Source: Chloroflexota bacterium
GTDB lineage: Bacteria; Chloroflexota; UBA11872; VXOZ01
Direction of reading: 5' to 3'
Assembly: GCA_965221905.1 (NCBI GenBank)
Contig: OZ244922.1
Coordinates: 160,001-224,000 of the forward strand
Length of the DNA stretch: 64,000 bases
Part shown: positions 51,116 to 62,012 of the stretch, piece by piece
Layout of the letters: every line of letters starts with the position of its first letter
Numbering within the stretch: position 1 is the stretch's first letter
Notes under the pieces: generated by a model
What the model was told of the DNA's origin: nothing
The model's database searches: none
What the model saw: the letters and a program-made list of their open reading frames with translations, nothing else
Made by a program: the position numbers and the translations under genes

Positions 51116-51586
51116 CTAGCGACCTACCGGCTGGGCTGCAGTCTCGGTAGAATCGATCATCTTGCGCACGCGTGCTTCCTCGCGCTTCTTCTGGGCCCAG
51201 CGCTTGGTCGTGATGAGGCGCTTGCGGCGATATTCGGCGTCGGTGTGGTACTTGTTGCGCACGTAGCACTTGCGACAGCGCAGCGCACGCTGGACAACGG
51301 TACCGCAATCGGTGCAGAATTGTGGTTCCTTGGGCTTCTTGGGCTGCTTGCTCAAGCGGATGCGGCGCAACTCCGCCACGCGCTCTTTATTCTCCCGCGC
51401 CCACCTGCGATTCTTTTCAAGAATCTTGTCTTTGTTGCGCTGGTAGTAACGCTTGAAATAGGTAGAGAGCCGCTCCGCGCGGCCACAGCGCGCACACAGG
51501 CCGGCACGCTTGGACTTGCCGTCACGCTGACCGGAAATGTCAGTGTCACAGCGCGCACACGTTAGAACTTGAACTGTTGCCTCCAT
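51116..51586 (-). CDS. highly basic hypothetical protein with four CxxC motifs
   Basis: CARC, CARC, CTDC, CRKC; Arg/Lys-rich helices; GGAGG RBS before ATG 51586. Confidence 0.7.
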   Translation of the reverse strand: MEATVQVLTCARCDTDISGQRDGKSKRAGLCARCGRAERLSTYFKRYYQRNKDKILEKNRRWARENKERVAELRRIRLSKQPKKPKEPQFCTDCGTVVQRALRCRKCYVRNKYHTDAEYRRKRLITTKRWAQKKREEARVRKMIDSTETAAQPVGR

Positions 51587-52204
51587 CAGATCCTCCAGCG
51601 AAAACTGAACACTAGTACCCGAATACCAAATGCATGCTGCACACGGACGCGGTACGTAGGCGTATCTACTAAGGCAGTAATTTCCTTCTTCTAAAATACC
51701 TCGTACTACTACTTTGTGTGCACTTTCACATGCATTTCCAGGATATCTAAGAATGGCTGCTGCTGTCAAGCTTATGGAAAAACGATTGATGCGCGCTATT
51801 GCAGGGAAAAGTGCCCTTCCGGCCAAATCTCCTCCGCGAAGTTTCCTAAGAGCTTGATAAGAAACTGCTCTTGGGCGGCAGTGTAGCTCGTTGCTGGGTT
51901 ACACCATATAGAGCACCGATAGACCGCATCGCTCAATTGTCGCATACTACAATGTGGGCGAAATTGACAATTTAATGATTGCTCTCCAGAATGGGCGGTA
52001 GATACGGCCAAATCGCCCTTCTTATCTGTATGCGCGGTTTAGGCGGTACGTGGCATTGACATGCTCTCTGCTGATTGCTACGGCTGTTACAACTATCACA
52101 AGCTGGTTTCTAAGCAGCTTGAGTGTTTGTTCAACACAAGGTAATAGACCTGCATTGACCGGTTTAGGCACGGCAATGCTCGCGCTCTCTGACCTGAAAA
52201 TTCT

Positions 52205-53167
52205 GTGCAACCAAACGTAAAGGCCTCGCAAGTGGTGCTATCCTCAGCAGTCCAATCTCCCGCTTGGCCGGCTCTGCCGCCCAACGGGTGGAGTTGGCCC
52301 GCGTTTGCGCTCGGCGCGATCTGGTATCTGCGGCAGGGAATAAGTGAAAAGGGGCGTGTGCTGCTTGTGCCCCAAGTCGCCGTGACGGTACTCGCGATTA
52401 TCAACACGCTGTTCCTCATCCGCCAGCTCTCATTTCCGGCGGCCGTGCCTCCCGCGATCGTCGGTTCGCTCATACTATGGTCGTTCTTCGGTTGCTATTG
52501 TGCCGCGGCGTTTCGGGGTGATGCTTACCGCCACTGGTGCGAGGCAAACGGACAAACGCCGCTTGTGCCGACGCAGTGGCAGTGGGGGGCATTCTTGCTT
52601 ACCGGTGGCTGGTATGTGGCCCAAGGTATGCGCGTGAAGGGTCTTTGGCTCTGGCTCGCCTTCTTTACGTCGGTGGGCAGTGTGGTCGGCATACCGATTG
52701 GGTACGCTATTATGTGTTACTGTGGCGCGAACTCCCGGGCGGACCGGTTTCTGGAGAATCCACCGGCGCACATCGGCCCCACGCCGCAAGAACACTGGAT
52801 TCACCAGGATGTGCTGAAGGCGCTGACACCGGTTGCGAAGACTCCCCAGGCATCGTTACGTGCCTCGCTGCTGGAAGCTGCGGTGCGCGGGCTGCGCCGA
52901 CAGGGATATGCGGTGGCCCTGGCCGACAGCCAGGATGAAGGGGCCGCCTCTCTTACTCTGGAGAGAGGCGCACGCTTCCTGGCCGTGCGTGTGGTGCCGG
53001 AACTGCCGGTGCCCGCAAGCGAAGTCGTGCAGCTTGTGGCGGCATTGGAGGGAGATGCGCACAAGGTAGGCGTGCTGGTGGTGAACGGGCCGCTTTCCGG
53101 TCCGGCGCAGTCGGCAGCAGAGCAGGCGCACGTGCGTGTCCTAAACGTGCAGGCAGTGGAATCATAG
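52205..53167 (+). CDS. membrane protein (DUF2628-like repeats) fused to a degenerate Mrr-like domain
   Basis: WSWPAFALGAIWY and WQWGAFLLTGGWY; C-terminal LRRQGYAV...GVLVVNG...VRVLN. Confidence 0.6.
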   Translation: MQPNVKASQVVLSSAVQSPAWPALPPNGWSWPAFALGAIWYLRQGISEKGRVLLVPQVAVTVLAIINTLFLIRQLSFPAAVPPAIVGSLILWSFFGCYCAAAFRGDAYRHWCEANGQTPLVPTQWQWGAFLLTGGWYVAQGMRVKGLWLWLAFFTSVGSVVGIPIGYAIMCYCGANSRADRFLENPPAHIGPTPQEHWIHQDVLKALTPVAKTPQASLRASLLEAAVRGLRRQGYAVALADSQDEGAASLTLERGARFLAVRVVPELPVPASEVVQLVAALEGDAHKVGVLVVNGPLSGPAQSAAEQAHVRVLNVQAVES

Positions 53168-53291
53168 TGTTACGTGCTGCCCGCCATCGCGCCGCATTGC
53201 GGCAGCACCACGTGTCCGGGGTCCGCCACGCAAGCCGCAGGGCTATGGCGACGGTAGGGCTGTCACTGTTTGAAACTGAGGAGCGACTCTT

Positions 53292-54110
53292 GTGAACGCA
53301 CGGCGTCTCGGGGCAATTGCGCTCCTTGCCGGGGCCGGCATCCTGCTCCTGCGTTGGTTGCGGCAGTGGGCTGGCGATCCGCCCCTGCAACGCACCTCGC
53401 ATAAGGAGGCAATCGAGCGGCCGGAAAACGTAGCGAGTTACAGCCGCTTCATGGGGCTGCTGCCGTTGCGGCTGATTCGCGGCTTCCTGGCGCGTTACGC
53501 TGCCGCCGGTTCAGTGCAGTGGCGTGTCCTCGACGTGGGGTGTGGGCCGGGGTGGTTTCCGCTCGAGTTGGCGGACCAGGCCCCCGACGCCGTGGTCATT
53601 GGCGTAGACCTTTCGTATCCGATGATTGCGGAGGCGGTTGGCCACGCCGCATCAAGCCAAGAGAAGCAGCGCGTGCTCTTTGCGCAGGCGCGAGGTGAGA
53701 CCTTGCCGTTTGCAGACGGCGCGTTCGACCTCATCGTCAGCACGCTGGCGCTCCATCATTGGCAAGACCCGGTAGCGGTCCTAGAGGAGTTGCGGCGTGT
53801 TGCGCAGCCCGCGGGCCGGATCGTTGTCTTCGATACGCGCCGCGATGTTCATCCCTGGCTTTGGACGGTGCTCAAGGCGGGCCAATCGGTCAGCGATCAG
53901 ATACAGCTATGCGAGGACGGCGAGCCGTCGGCGTCCGTTGCCGCTTCCTATACTGCTTCTGAAACCCACCGCCTTGCGCTCCAAGCCGGTTGGGAACGGG
54001 CGCACGTGAAGGCAGGCTTCGGCTGGATCATGCTGGAGCGTCCCGCTGCGCGGAGGGTGACATTCGCGCCGCCGCCTGTGCCAATTCGCAAGCGGGACGA
54101 TGTGTCATAG
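53292..54110 (+). CDS. class I SAM-dependent methyltransferase
   Basis: VLDVGCGPG, GVDLS, LPFADGAFDLIVS, LHHW. Confidence 0.88.
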   Translation: MNARRLGAIALLAGAGILLLRWLRQWAGDPPLQRTSHKEAIERPENVASYSRFMGLLPLRLIRGFLARYAAAGSVQWRVLDVGCGPGWFPLELADQAPDAVVIGVDLSYPMIAEAVGHAASSQEKQRVLFAQARGETLPFADGAFDLIVSTLALHHWQDPVAVLEELRRVAQPAGRIVVFDTRRDVHPWLWTVLKAGQSVSDQIQLCEDGEPSASVAASYTASETHRLALQAGWERAHVKAGFGWIMLERPAARRVTFAPPPVPIRKRDDVS

Positions 54111-54482
54111 GTTATTGGGATCGCGACTGATTATGGTCGCGGCAAAGTGTGCAGGGAGAGGGAGGGGCGGCCCGCCGCAGCGTTGCGTTACCTCCTCGTA
54201 TCCTTCTAATGCGGTTCTATATCGTTAGATAGTTCATCCGGCTGCGTGAGGGATGCTGGACATTGCATTGGCTTGTCGCAATAGGCAGATTACCACACGC
54301 AGGCTTCTGCTTAGATTGTGGGCAGTGATCCGGCTGGCAGCCGTCCCAAACGCAACAATCCCACGAATTTAGTAGACTTGAACGTGATCATTTCGCTGGG
54401 TTGCGTTTCCTGTAAATCCGGGCGCAGCGGCGAACCAGAGTTCGGCGAACCGGAGTTTGAGGAATCGAGAACCAGTGCACAC

Positions 54483-54541
54483 GAGATTCTTCGTCGCCGG
54501 AGCTTATCCTGAGCTTGCCGAAGAGCTTCCTCACAATGACA
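54483..54541. repeat. nested REP-like element
   Basis: gagattcttcg...atcctgagcttgccgaaga...ctcacaatgaca. Confidence 0.6.
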
Positions 54542-54636
54542 GATTGAGGAGCCCGTCAAAGTGCGGATACGCATGCTGTCTCGTATATCCGGACGGCCTA
54601 AGTCCAAACCTGCGATCTCCGTAGTCTCTTATACAC

Positions 54637-56418
54637 ATGAGTGATTCTCGCTGCCAAAATTCCGAGTTCTTGCAGCCCCAAGCCTTCCTACGAGGTCGAG
54701 AAGGTATTCTCGTGCTCGTGCGCGGAGTCTGCGCAGGCCCTTTTCTCGCAATGCTCTTCGTGGATCGCGCCTGGCCGTGGCAAGCGTCGCTGCCGTGGTT
54801 GTTGGCGATTGCGCTTGCGCCGGTTGGCGTTATCTGCTGGCAGTGGGCCTATTGGTGGGTGCTCCGACGCATGGGAGCGCAGGGCCCGGCGCTTGGGCGC
54901 GCCTTCAACTGGTCGCTAGCGCCCTTTTGGCTGGGAGCACCGGGTCTGGCGCTGTTCTATCTCAACGACTTCACCCACCACCTGCTCTGGCATGTTGCGT
55001 TGGCAAAAATACTTGCAGCGTACGTGATTGTGGGAATTACGCTCGCTCTGCAGGTGTGGGTGCTCGATACGGCGCCTGCGCTCGACCGCTGGCCGCTCTT
55101 GCGACTGGCAATGCTCTTCCGCCAAGCAACGCCTTTTCGCCTGGCGACGCTTTTCCGCCGGACAACGCCATTCCGTCATTCCCGCGAAAGCGGGAATCCA
55201 CTCTTGGAGAGCTGGTCCCAGGTGTGGCAGTTACTCCGCGTGCATGCCGCGCTCGTAATACTGCTTGTGGCCGGCCTGGCGCTGCGCCTGCGCGATCTTC
55301 TCCTCGAGGGCGGCGACGTGGAGCACTTCTATTTCTACGCCAGCACGGTCTTCACCAAGATCCACTTCCTCTACTACCACCTGACCCGCGACCTACCCTG
55401 GCCGCTGGACCAACTGGCAACGTTCAATCTCATCATGGCGCCACTTTGGCGCGCGGCGTACCACTTCGATTGGCCGCAGATTCTCTCCATCAAGATTCCT
55501 ACCTACGCCGCAGATGTGCTGAGCACGATTGTCGTCTATACGCTGGTCTTGCAGGCGCAAAGGTATTTTTTGGGAGGGGTTGCCGGTGGCGGGGATAGCG
55601 AATCCGATGGTGAAGCTTCACTGTCTGCGCCCCGGCTGGGCCTGCTTGTAGCACTGGTCGCCGCGTCTGTTTGGTACCTGCACCCCTGGCTGCTGACCGC
55701 CACAATCGATAACGCGCAAAGCCACGCCGTCGCCCTGCTCTTCTTTGTGCTGGCCGTGGCGCGGTGGGAGAAGCCCTGGCTGGCCGGCATCTTCCTGGCG
55801 CTCGCCGCATCCACGCGCCTGGAGTTCGGCATTGCCGGCATTGTGGCGTTCTTCTGGTACCTGCGCTGGCGCGGCGTGCAGAGTGCCGGCCTTTACGCGC
55901 TGACCTCGCTCGGTCTGTTGGGACTGATCGCAGTACCGTACGCCGCCGTTGACTTGTCGGCTTTCCGCTGGGCGCTCGGCGGACACCTGCTGGACCGCGG
56001 CGAGCCGCTGCTACTCGTGCAGGAGATTTACGAATCATTCGGCGGGTCTGCCCCCGCGTGGCTAAACGCGCTCGACAACCGCTACGTGGGCCTGGCGAAC
56101 GCGCTCTTCGCCATTCTTGTGATGTTCGATCCCAGCCACCGCCGCGCGCTGGCCAAAGCCGGGCTCTTCTACATCCTCACACTGCCGGTTATCCACGTCC
56201 GCTACCTCCTGTTCGGCTGGGCAGCGCTCTTCCTCTTCGCGCTACCCCACCACCGCCGCCTGCTCTACCTCGTCCCCGGCCTGCTCTGGGTAAATTCGGA
56301 CATCCCCCGCCTCTGGCTCCTCGGCACCTTCTTAGCTGTGTTCGTGGCGCTGTTCTTTACCAAAGAGCCTCGCATGGAAACCGAGACGGAAAGTGCACCC
56401 GCTGCCGTGCCAAGGTGA
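54637..56418 (+). CDS. polytopic membrane protein, possible GT-C glycosyltransferase (GT87-like)
   Basis: Many TM segments; GDVEHF, IKIPTYAAD, WYLHP, HVRYL resemble GT-C motifs; start uncertain. Confidence 0.55.
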   Translation: MSDSRCQNSEFLQPQAFLRGREGILVLVRGVCAGPFLAMLFVDRAWPWQASLPWLLAIALAPVGVICWQWAYWWVLRRMGAQGPALGRAFNWSLAPFWLGAPGLALFYLNDFTHHLLWHVALAKILAAYVIVGITLALQVWVLDTAPALDRWPLLRLAMLFRQATPFRLATLFRRTTPFRHSRESGNPLLESWSQVWQLLRVHAALVILLVAGLALRLRDLLLEGGDVEHFYFYASTVFTKIHFLYYHLTRDLPWPLDQLATFNLIMAPLWRAAYHFDWPQILSIKIPTYAADVLSTIVVYTLVLQAQRYFLGGVAGGGDSESDGEASLSAPRLGLLVALVAASVWYLHPWLLTATIDNAQSHAVALLFFVLAVARWEKPWLAGIFLALAASTRLEFGIAGIVAFFWYLRWRGVQSAGLYALTSLGLLGLIAVPYAAVDLSAFRWALGGHLLDRGEPLLLVQEIYESFGGSAPAWLNALDNRYVGLANALFAILVMFDPSHRRALAKAGLFYILTLPVIHVRYLLFGWAALFLFALPHHRRLLYLVPGLLWVNSDIPRLWLLGTFLAVFVALFFTKEPRMETETESAPAAVPR

Positions 56419-56640
56419 TTGCAGCCATCATGATCTTGGTCGCTACGCACGGGCGCTTGTTGGTCTGAGAAGCTCAATCAAAGGATATGCGGCGCAACAG
56501 GCGCTTAATTGGCGTCGATACGTGGATTGCGTCAGCTAGAGAGATGGTGCCCACATGATGGGACTTCGTGTTGTGGTCTCCAGCGACGAGGCGATATGAT
56601 ACGGAAGTAGGAGGTCGAATACTGGATAGAAACACCTAAC

Positions 56641-57288
56641 ATGATTGCGATTATTGACTACGGTGCCGGGAATTTGCGGAGTGTGAGCCGGGCGGTGGCG
56701 TTGTATACGCAGGACTACGTGGTGACGCAGGACCCGGCGGCGGTGGAGCGCGCCGCGGCGGTGATCTTGCCCGGCGTGGGGGCGGCGGGAGATACCATTC
56801 GCGGGCTGGCGCGGCACGGCATGACCGATCTGGTGAAGGCGACGATTGCGTCCGGCAAGCCCTATTTCGGCATTTGCATGGGGTTGCAGGTCTTGCTGAC
56901 GGCGAGTGAGGAAGACGGCGGCACGCCTTGCCTGGATATCTATCCCGGCGTGGTGCGGCGCTTCTCTAAAGGGCTTACCGTGCCGCATATGGGCTGGAAC
57001 CAGGTGCGCCAAGCGCAGGAGCATCCCATGTTCGCCGGTATCCCGGATGACGCCTATTTCTACTTCGTGCACTCGTACTACACCGATCCGGACGCCGCCG
57101 CGCTTACGGCCGGTACGACCGACTATGGCGTGACCTTTCCCAGCGTGCTGGCGCGCGAGAACGTCTTTGCTACCCAGTTCCATCCGGAAAAGAGCGCAGC
57201 ATTGGGCCTGCGGCTCTATGCGAATTTCGTGGCCTGGGCGACGGGCACGACGGCATGTGCATCGAGTGGTCTGCACGCTAGACCTTGA
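56641..57288 (+). CDS. hisH: imidazole glycerol phosphate synthase glutaminase subunit
   Basis: IIDYGAGNL, LPGVG, GICMG, PHMGWN, YFVHSY, QFHPEKS. Confidence 0.97.
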   Translation: MIAIIDYGAGNLRSVSRAVALYTQDYVVTQDPAAVERAAAVILPGVGAAGDTIRGLARHGMTDLVKATIASGKPYFGICMGLQVLLTASEEDGGTPCLDIYPGVVRRFSKGLTVPHMGWNQVRQAQEHPMFAGIPDDAYFYFVHSYYTDPDAAALTAGTTDYGVTFPSVLARENVFATQFHPEKSAALGLRLYANFVAWATGTTACASSGLHARP

Positions 57289-57777
57289 GGTCAAATGGGG
57301 TTAGGGTCAGCGAGTGCATGGCCGGGCATGGTAGCTATCTAAGTGCCAAGAAGCGGGGACAAGTGCCGTTCATTCTTCGACCCTTCGGCATGCTCAGGAC
57401 AGGCATGCTCAGGACGAACGGATACTGTTCCGTCGCCATGACGCAATGCCGGAGAGGCGGGGGACAAGCCCCTGTTCATCCTTCGACCCTTCGGCATGCT
57501 CAGGACAGGCAGGCTCAGGACGAACGGATACTATTTCGCTGCCATGACACGGTGCTGAGGAGCGGGGGACAAGCCCCGTTCAACCTTCGACAAGCTCAGG
57601 ACGAACGGATACTATTTCGCTGCCATGACACGGTGCTGAGGAGCGGGGGATAAGCCCCTGTTCATCCTTCGACAAGCTCAGGACGAACGGATACTGTTCC
57701 GCCATGACGCAATGGCGGGGAGGTGGGGGACAAGCCTCCCGTTCATCCTTCGACAGGCTCAGAAACTGTCTTGGGTG

Positions 57778-58731
<954 letters not shown>

Positions 58732-58734
58732 CTA

Positions 58735-58900
58735 TGGCTGGCGCTCCCATGCAGTCCCTGCCTTACGGATACGGACTTCGTGTCCCGGTAACTGTTCGGG
58801 CTCTGGGGGAGCTCGGCAGGTGTGGCGACCACTCTGAGCCACGGTCTGCCAGACCTAGGACGAACCGGTCTGCCACGCCTGCTCCCATTCTATCTCCCTT
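58735..58900 (-). ncRNA. putative IS110 bridge RNA
   Basis: Contains GTTCGTCCT and GGCTCAG (match target) and ACAGTTAC and GTAAG (match donor) in the expected order; ends approximate. Confidence 0.8.
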
Positions 58901-59343
58901 TTCCAAGATATAAGGACGAACGGATACTATTTCGCTGCCATGACACGGTGCTGAGGAGCGGGGGACAAGCCTTCCGTTCAACCTTCGACAAGCTCAGGAC
59001 GAACGGATACTATTTCGCTGCCATGACACGGTGCTGAGGAGCGGGGGACAAGCCTCCCGTTCAACCTTCGACAAGCTCAGGACGAACGGATACTATTTCG
59101 CTGCCATGACATGGTGCTGAGGAGCGGGGGACAAGCCTTCCGTTCAACCTTCGACAAGCTTAGGACGAACGGATACTATTTCGCTGCCATGACACAATGC
59201 CGGAGAGGCGAGGGACAAGCCCCCGCGCTACGAGATGCTAATGAAGATTGAGCTTGCGCAGCCAAGGGAACATAAATTTAATTCAGGTGATAAGATTCGT
59301 GGAATGCTAACGGGCAAGCGGCAATCAGGCTAGTTACAAGGTT

Positions 59344-60069
59344 ATGCAAGTTATTCCCGCAATCGACATCAAAGACGGCGCGGTCGTGCGCCTCTATAAA
59401 GGCGATTTTGCCCGGCGGACGGTCTTTTCCCACGATCCCGTGGAGACCGCCCGCGGCTGGGAGACCCAGGGCGCGGCGCTGCTCCACGTGGTAGACCTGG
59501 ACGGCACCGAGAAGGGCAGCAGCCGGAATCTGCCGGTGGTGGCTGCCGTGGCGAAGGCGCTGACGATACCCGTGCAGATGGGCGGCGGCTTGCGCGACCT
59601 GACGGCCATCGAAGAGGTGATCGCAGCGGGTGTGGCGCGGGTGGTCTTGGGTACGGTGGCGTTGGAGGAGCCCGCGCTGGTGGCCGAAACGTGCGCGCGC
59701 TACGCCGATCGGGTGGTGGTGGCGCTGGACGCCCGCAACGGCAAGGTGATGACCCACGGCTGGCAGCAGGAAAGCACCGTTGACATGTTCGACCTGGCGC
59801 AGCAGATGGTCGCCAACGGTGTGAGCCGCTTCCTCTACACCGACGTAGAGCGCGACGGCACGCTCTCCCAACCCAACTTCGAGGCAACAGCGGCACTGGC
59901 GCGGGCCGTGAGCGTGCCGGTGATTGCTTCCGGCGGGGTCGCGACTCTCGAACACCTCACGCGGCTGGCAACCCTCGGCGTTGAGGGTTCAATCGTCGGC
60001 TCCGCGCTCTATCGCGGCGCATTCACGCTGTCCGAGGCCCTGGCAGTGGTGGGCTATCCGGGACTATAG
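59344..60069 (+). CDS. hisA: ProFAR isomerase
   Basis: IPAIDIKDG, LHVVDLDG, QMGGGLR, TDVERDGTL, IASGGV. Confidence 0.96.
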   Translation: MQVIPAIDIKDGAVVRLYKGDFARRTVFSHDPVETARGWETQGAALLHVVDLDGTEKGSSRNLPVVAAVAKALTIPVQMGGGLRDLTAIEEVIAAGVARVVLGTVALEEPALVAETCARYADRVVVALDARNGKVMTHGWQQESTVDMFDLAQQMVANGVSRFLYTDVERDGTLSQPNFEATAALARAVSVPVIASGGVATLEHLTRLATLGVEGSIVGSALYRGAFTLSEALAVVGYPGL

Positions 60070-60206
60070 GTGACGATTCGGGCACACCTCACTAAGTTCT
60101 TGTTGTGTTAGGAAGGATGATCAGGACGTATTGCCGCTGCTGGCTGTTTCTGCCCGGGTGATTGATAGAGGCACACGAGGGGACTTGGATTGCTGCCTAT
60201 TGCACC

Positions 60207-60300
60207 TTGACACCTTTTGTGCTGTTTGCTAACATTTGAATACAACCCCTATCCGCTTCGCCGGTAGGGTGGAGACCGCTCCCAGAGCGGTCTCTGTCTT
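60207..60300 (+). promoter_or_regulatory. promoter, two-hairpin leader and terminator-like stem upstream of the NYN gene
   Basis: TTGACA 60207, 17 bp, TGnTAACAT; hairpins 60247-60269 and 60272-60294 followed by tgtcttt. Confidence 0.7.
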
Positions 60301-60323
60301 TAAGTGGTCAGATGGAGTGTCGA

Positions 60324-60953
60324 GTGAAGACCAACGTCTACGTAGATGGTTTCAATCTCTACTACCGTGCATTACGTGACACGCCATTCAGATGGCTCGA
60401 CCTCTGCAAACTGGCGGAGGTGCTCTTTCCGCAAGACACGATCAATCAAGTCTGTTACTTTACCGCATTGCTTAGTGCGCGTCCGAATGACCCCGGTCAA
60501 CCGCGGCGGCAGTTGGTGTACTTGAGAGCGCTAGCAACTTTGCCGAATCTTGAGGTCTACTACGGTACGTTCCGTTCCCGAACCAAATTTCGTCCGCTGG
60601 CTAACCCAATAGCAGGAATGCCGGGCGTAGTTCAAGTAAGAGATTCGGAGGAGAAGGGCTCTGACGTGAACCTCGTAACCAGGCTGTTGGTTGATGGGTT
60701 CAATGGCCGGTATGAACAGGCTGTTGTGGTATCCAACGACTCAGACTTTACAAGCGCCATACGCTACGTGCGAGAGGGATTGCGCCTTCGCGCAACGGTT
60801 GTTAATCCAGATCGCAAGATTAAGACGCACAAGGACCTAAGAGCCGCGGCAACATATGTCAAAAGGCTCTGGAAGAGTCATCTACGTCAAAGTCAGTTTC
60901 CTGATACGCTGGTCGACGTCCATGGCACAATCAATAAACCACATAGTTGGTGA
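60324..60953 (+). CDS. NYN (LabA/DUF88, PIN-like) domain protein
   Basis: VYVDGFNLYY, EEKGSDVNL, VSNDSDF; GTG 60324 after GGAG. Confidence 0.9.
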   Translation: MKTNVYVDGFNLYYRALRDTPFRWLDLCKLAEVLFPQDTINQVCYFTALLSARPNDPGQPRRQLVYLRALATLPNLEVYYGTFRSRTKFRPLANPIAGMPGVVQVRDSEEKGSDVNLVTRLLVDGFNGRYEQAVVVSNDSDFTSAIRYVREGLRLRATVVNPDRKIKTHKDLRAAATYVKRLWKSHLRQSQFPDTLVDVHGTINKPHSW

Positions 60954-61176
60954 TAGGTGTAACCTGGGAGAGACCTTTGTAGAACGAGGCCGCACTGAAT
61001 TGAAGTGCGCTAACAGCCCTTCAGCAATTCGCTGTAGGCCGATGTGATGCCTTGAAAGATGTCCTCTATCATGGTAATTGTGGGGGGTACGTTCAATTCA
61101 TTTTTAGCTCCGGCTAAGCGCTAACAGAGGTTTATGCAGTTCTTCCCGTTCTATGTGACGAATCGCTTTGATAGGA

Positions 61177-61950
61177 ATGCTTACAACACGCATCATCCCC
61201 TGTCTCGACGTGCATGGCGGCCGCGTGGTGCGCGGCGTGCAATTTTCGGCTGATAAGGACGCTGGCGACCCCATCGAGCTGGCTCTGCGCTACAACGAGC
61301 AGAGCGCCGACGAACTGGTCTACTACGACATCACCGCCTCGGCGGAAGAGCGCGGCATCTTTCAAGACCTCGTGGAGCGCACCGCCGACCAGCTTTTCAT
61401 TCCGCTCACTGTCGGCGGCGGCATTCGCACGGCGCCGGACATGCGCCGCATGCTCATGGCGGGCGCGGACAAGGTCTCCATCAATACGGCGGCGGTGGAG
61501 AATCCCGACCTCATCAACGCCGGGGCCGAGGGCTTCGGCAGCCAGTGCACCGTGCTCTCCATGGACGTCAAGCGCGTGCCCCAAGCCGACGGTACGCTGA
61601 AATGGCACGTCTTTACCCACGGCGGCCGCCGCCAAACGGCGGGCGAGGCGGTGCCGTGGGCGGTCGAGGGCGTGGAGCGCGGCGCGGGCGAGATCGTGGT
61701 CAACAGCATCGATGCCGACGGCACGTTGGCCGGCTACGATCTGGAACTCCTCGCTGCCGTGTGCGCCGCCGTGGACGTGCCGGTGATCGCCAGTGGTGGC
61801 GGCGGCACCCTGGAGCATCTCTTCGAGGCCCTCGATCAAGGCCACGCCCACGCCGTGCTCGCTGCTTCGATCTTCCACTACGAGCACTTCACGGTGCGTG
61901 AAGTGAAGGAGTACTTGGCCGCGAAGGGCATCCCCATGCGGCTGGCGTAG
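61177..61950 (+). CDS. hisF: imidazole glycerol phosphate synthase cyclase subunit
   Basis: [36 protein letters not shown]. Confidence 0.97.
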   Translation: MLTTRIIPCLDVHGGRVVRGVQFSADKDAGDPIELALRYNEQSADELVYYDITASAEERGIFQDLVERTADQLFIPLTVGGGIRTAPDMRRMLMAGADKVSINTAAVENPDLINAGAEGFGSQCTVLSMDVKRVPQADGTLKWHVFTHGGRRQTAGEAVPWAVEGVERGAGEIVVNSIDADGTLAGYDLELLAAVCAAVDVPVIASGGGGTLEHLFEALDQGHAHAVLAASIFHYEHFTVREVKEYLAAKGIPMRLA

Positions 61951-62012
61951 GTCGTTGTAATCCACGTCGATATTAGCGCTTACTTTCTAAATTCAAATCT
62001 GTGGAGAAGAGT

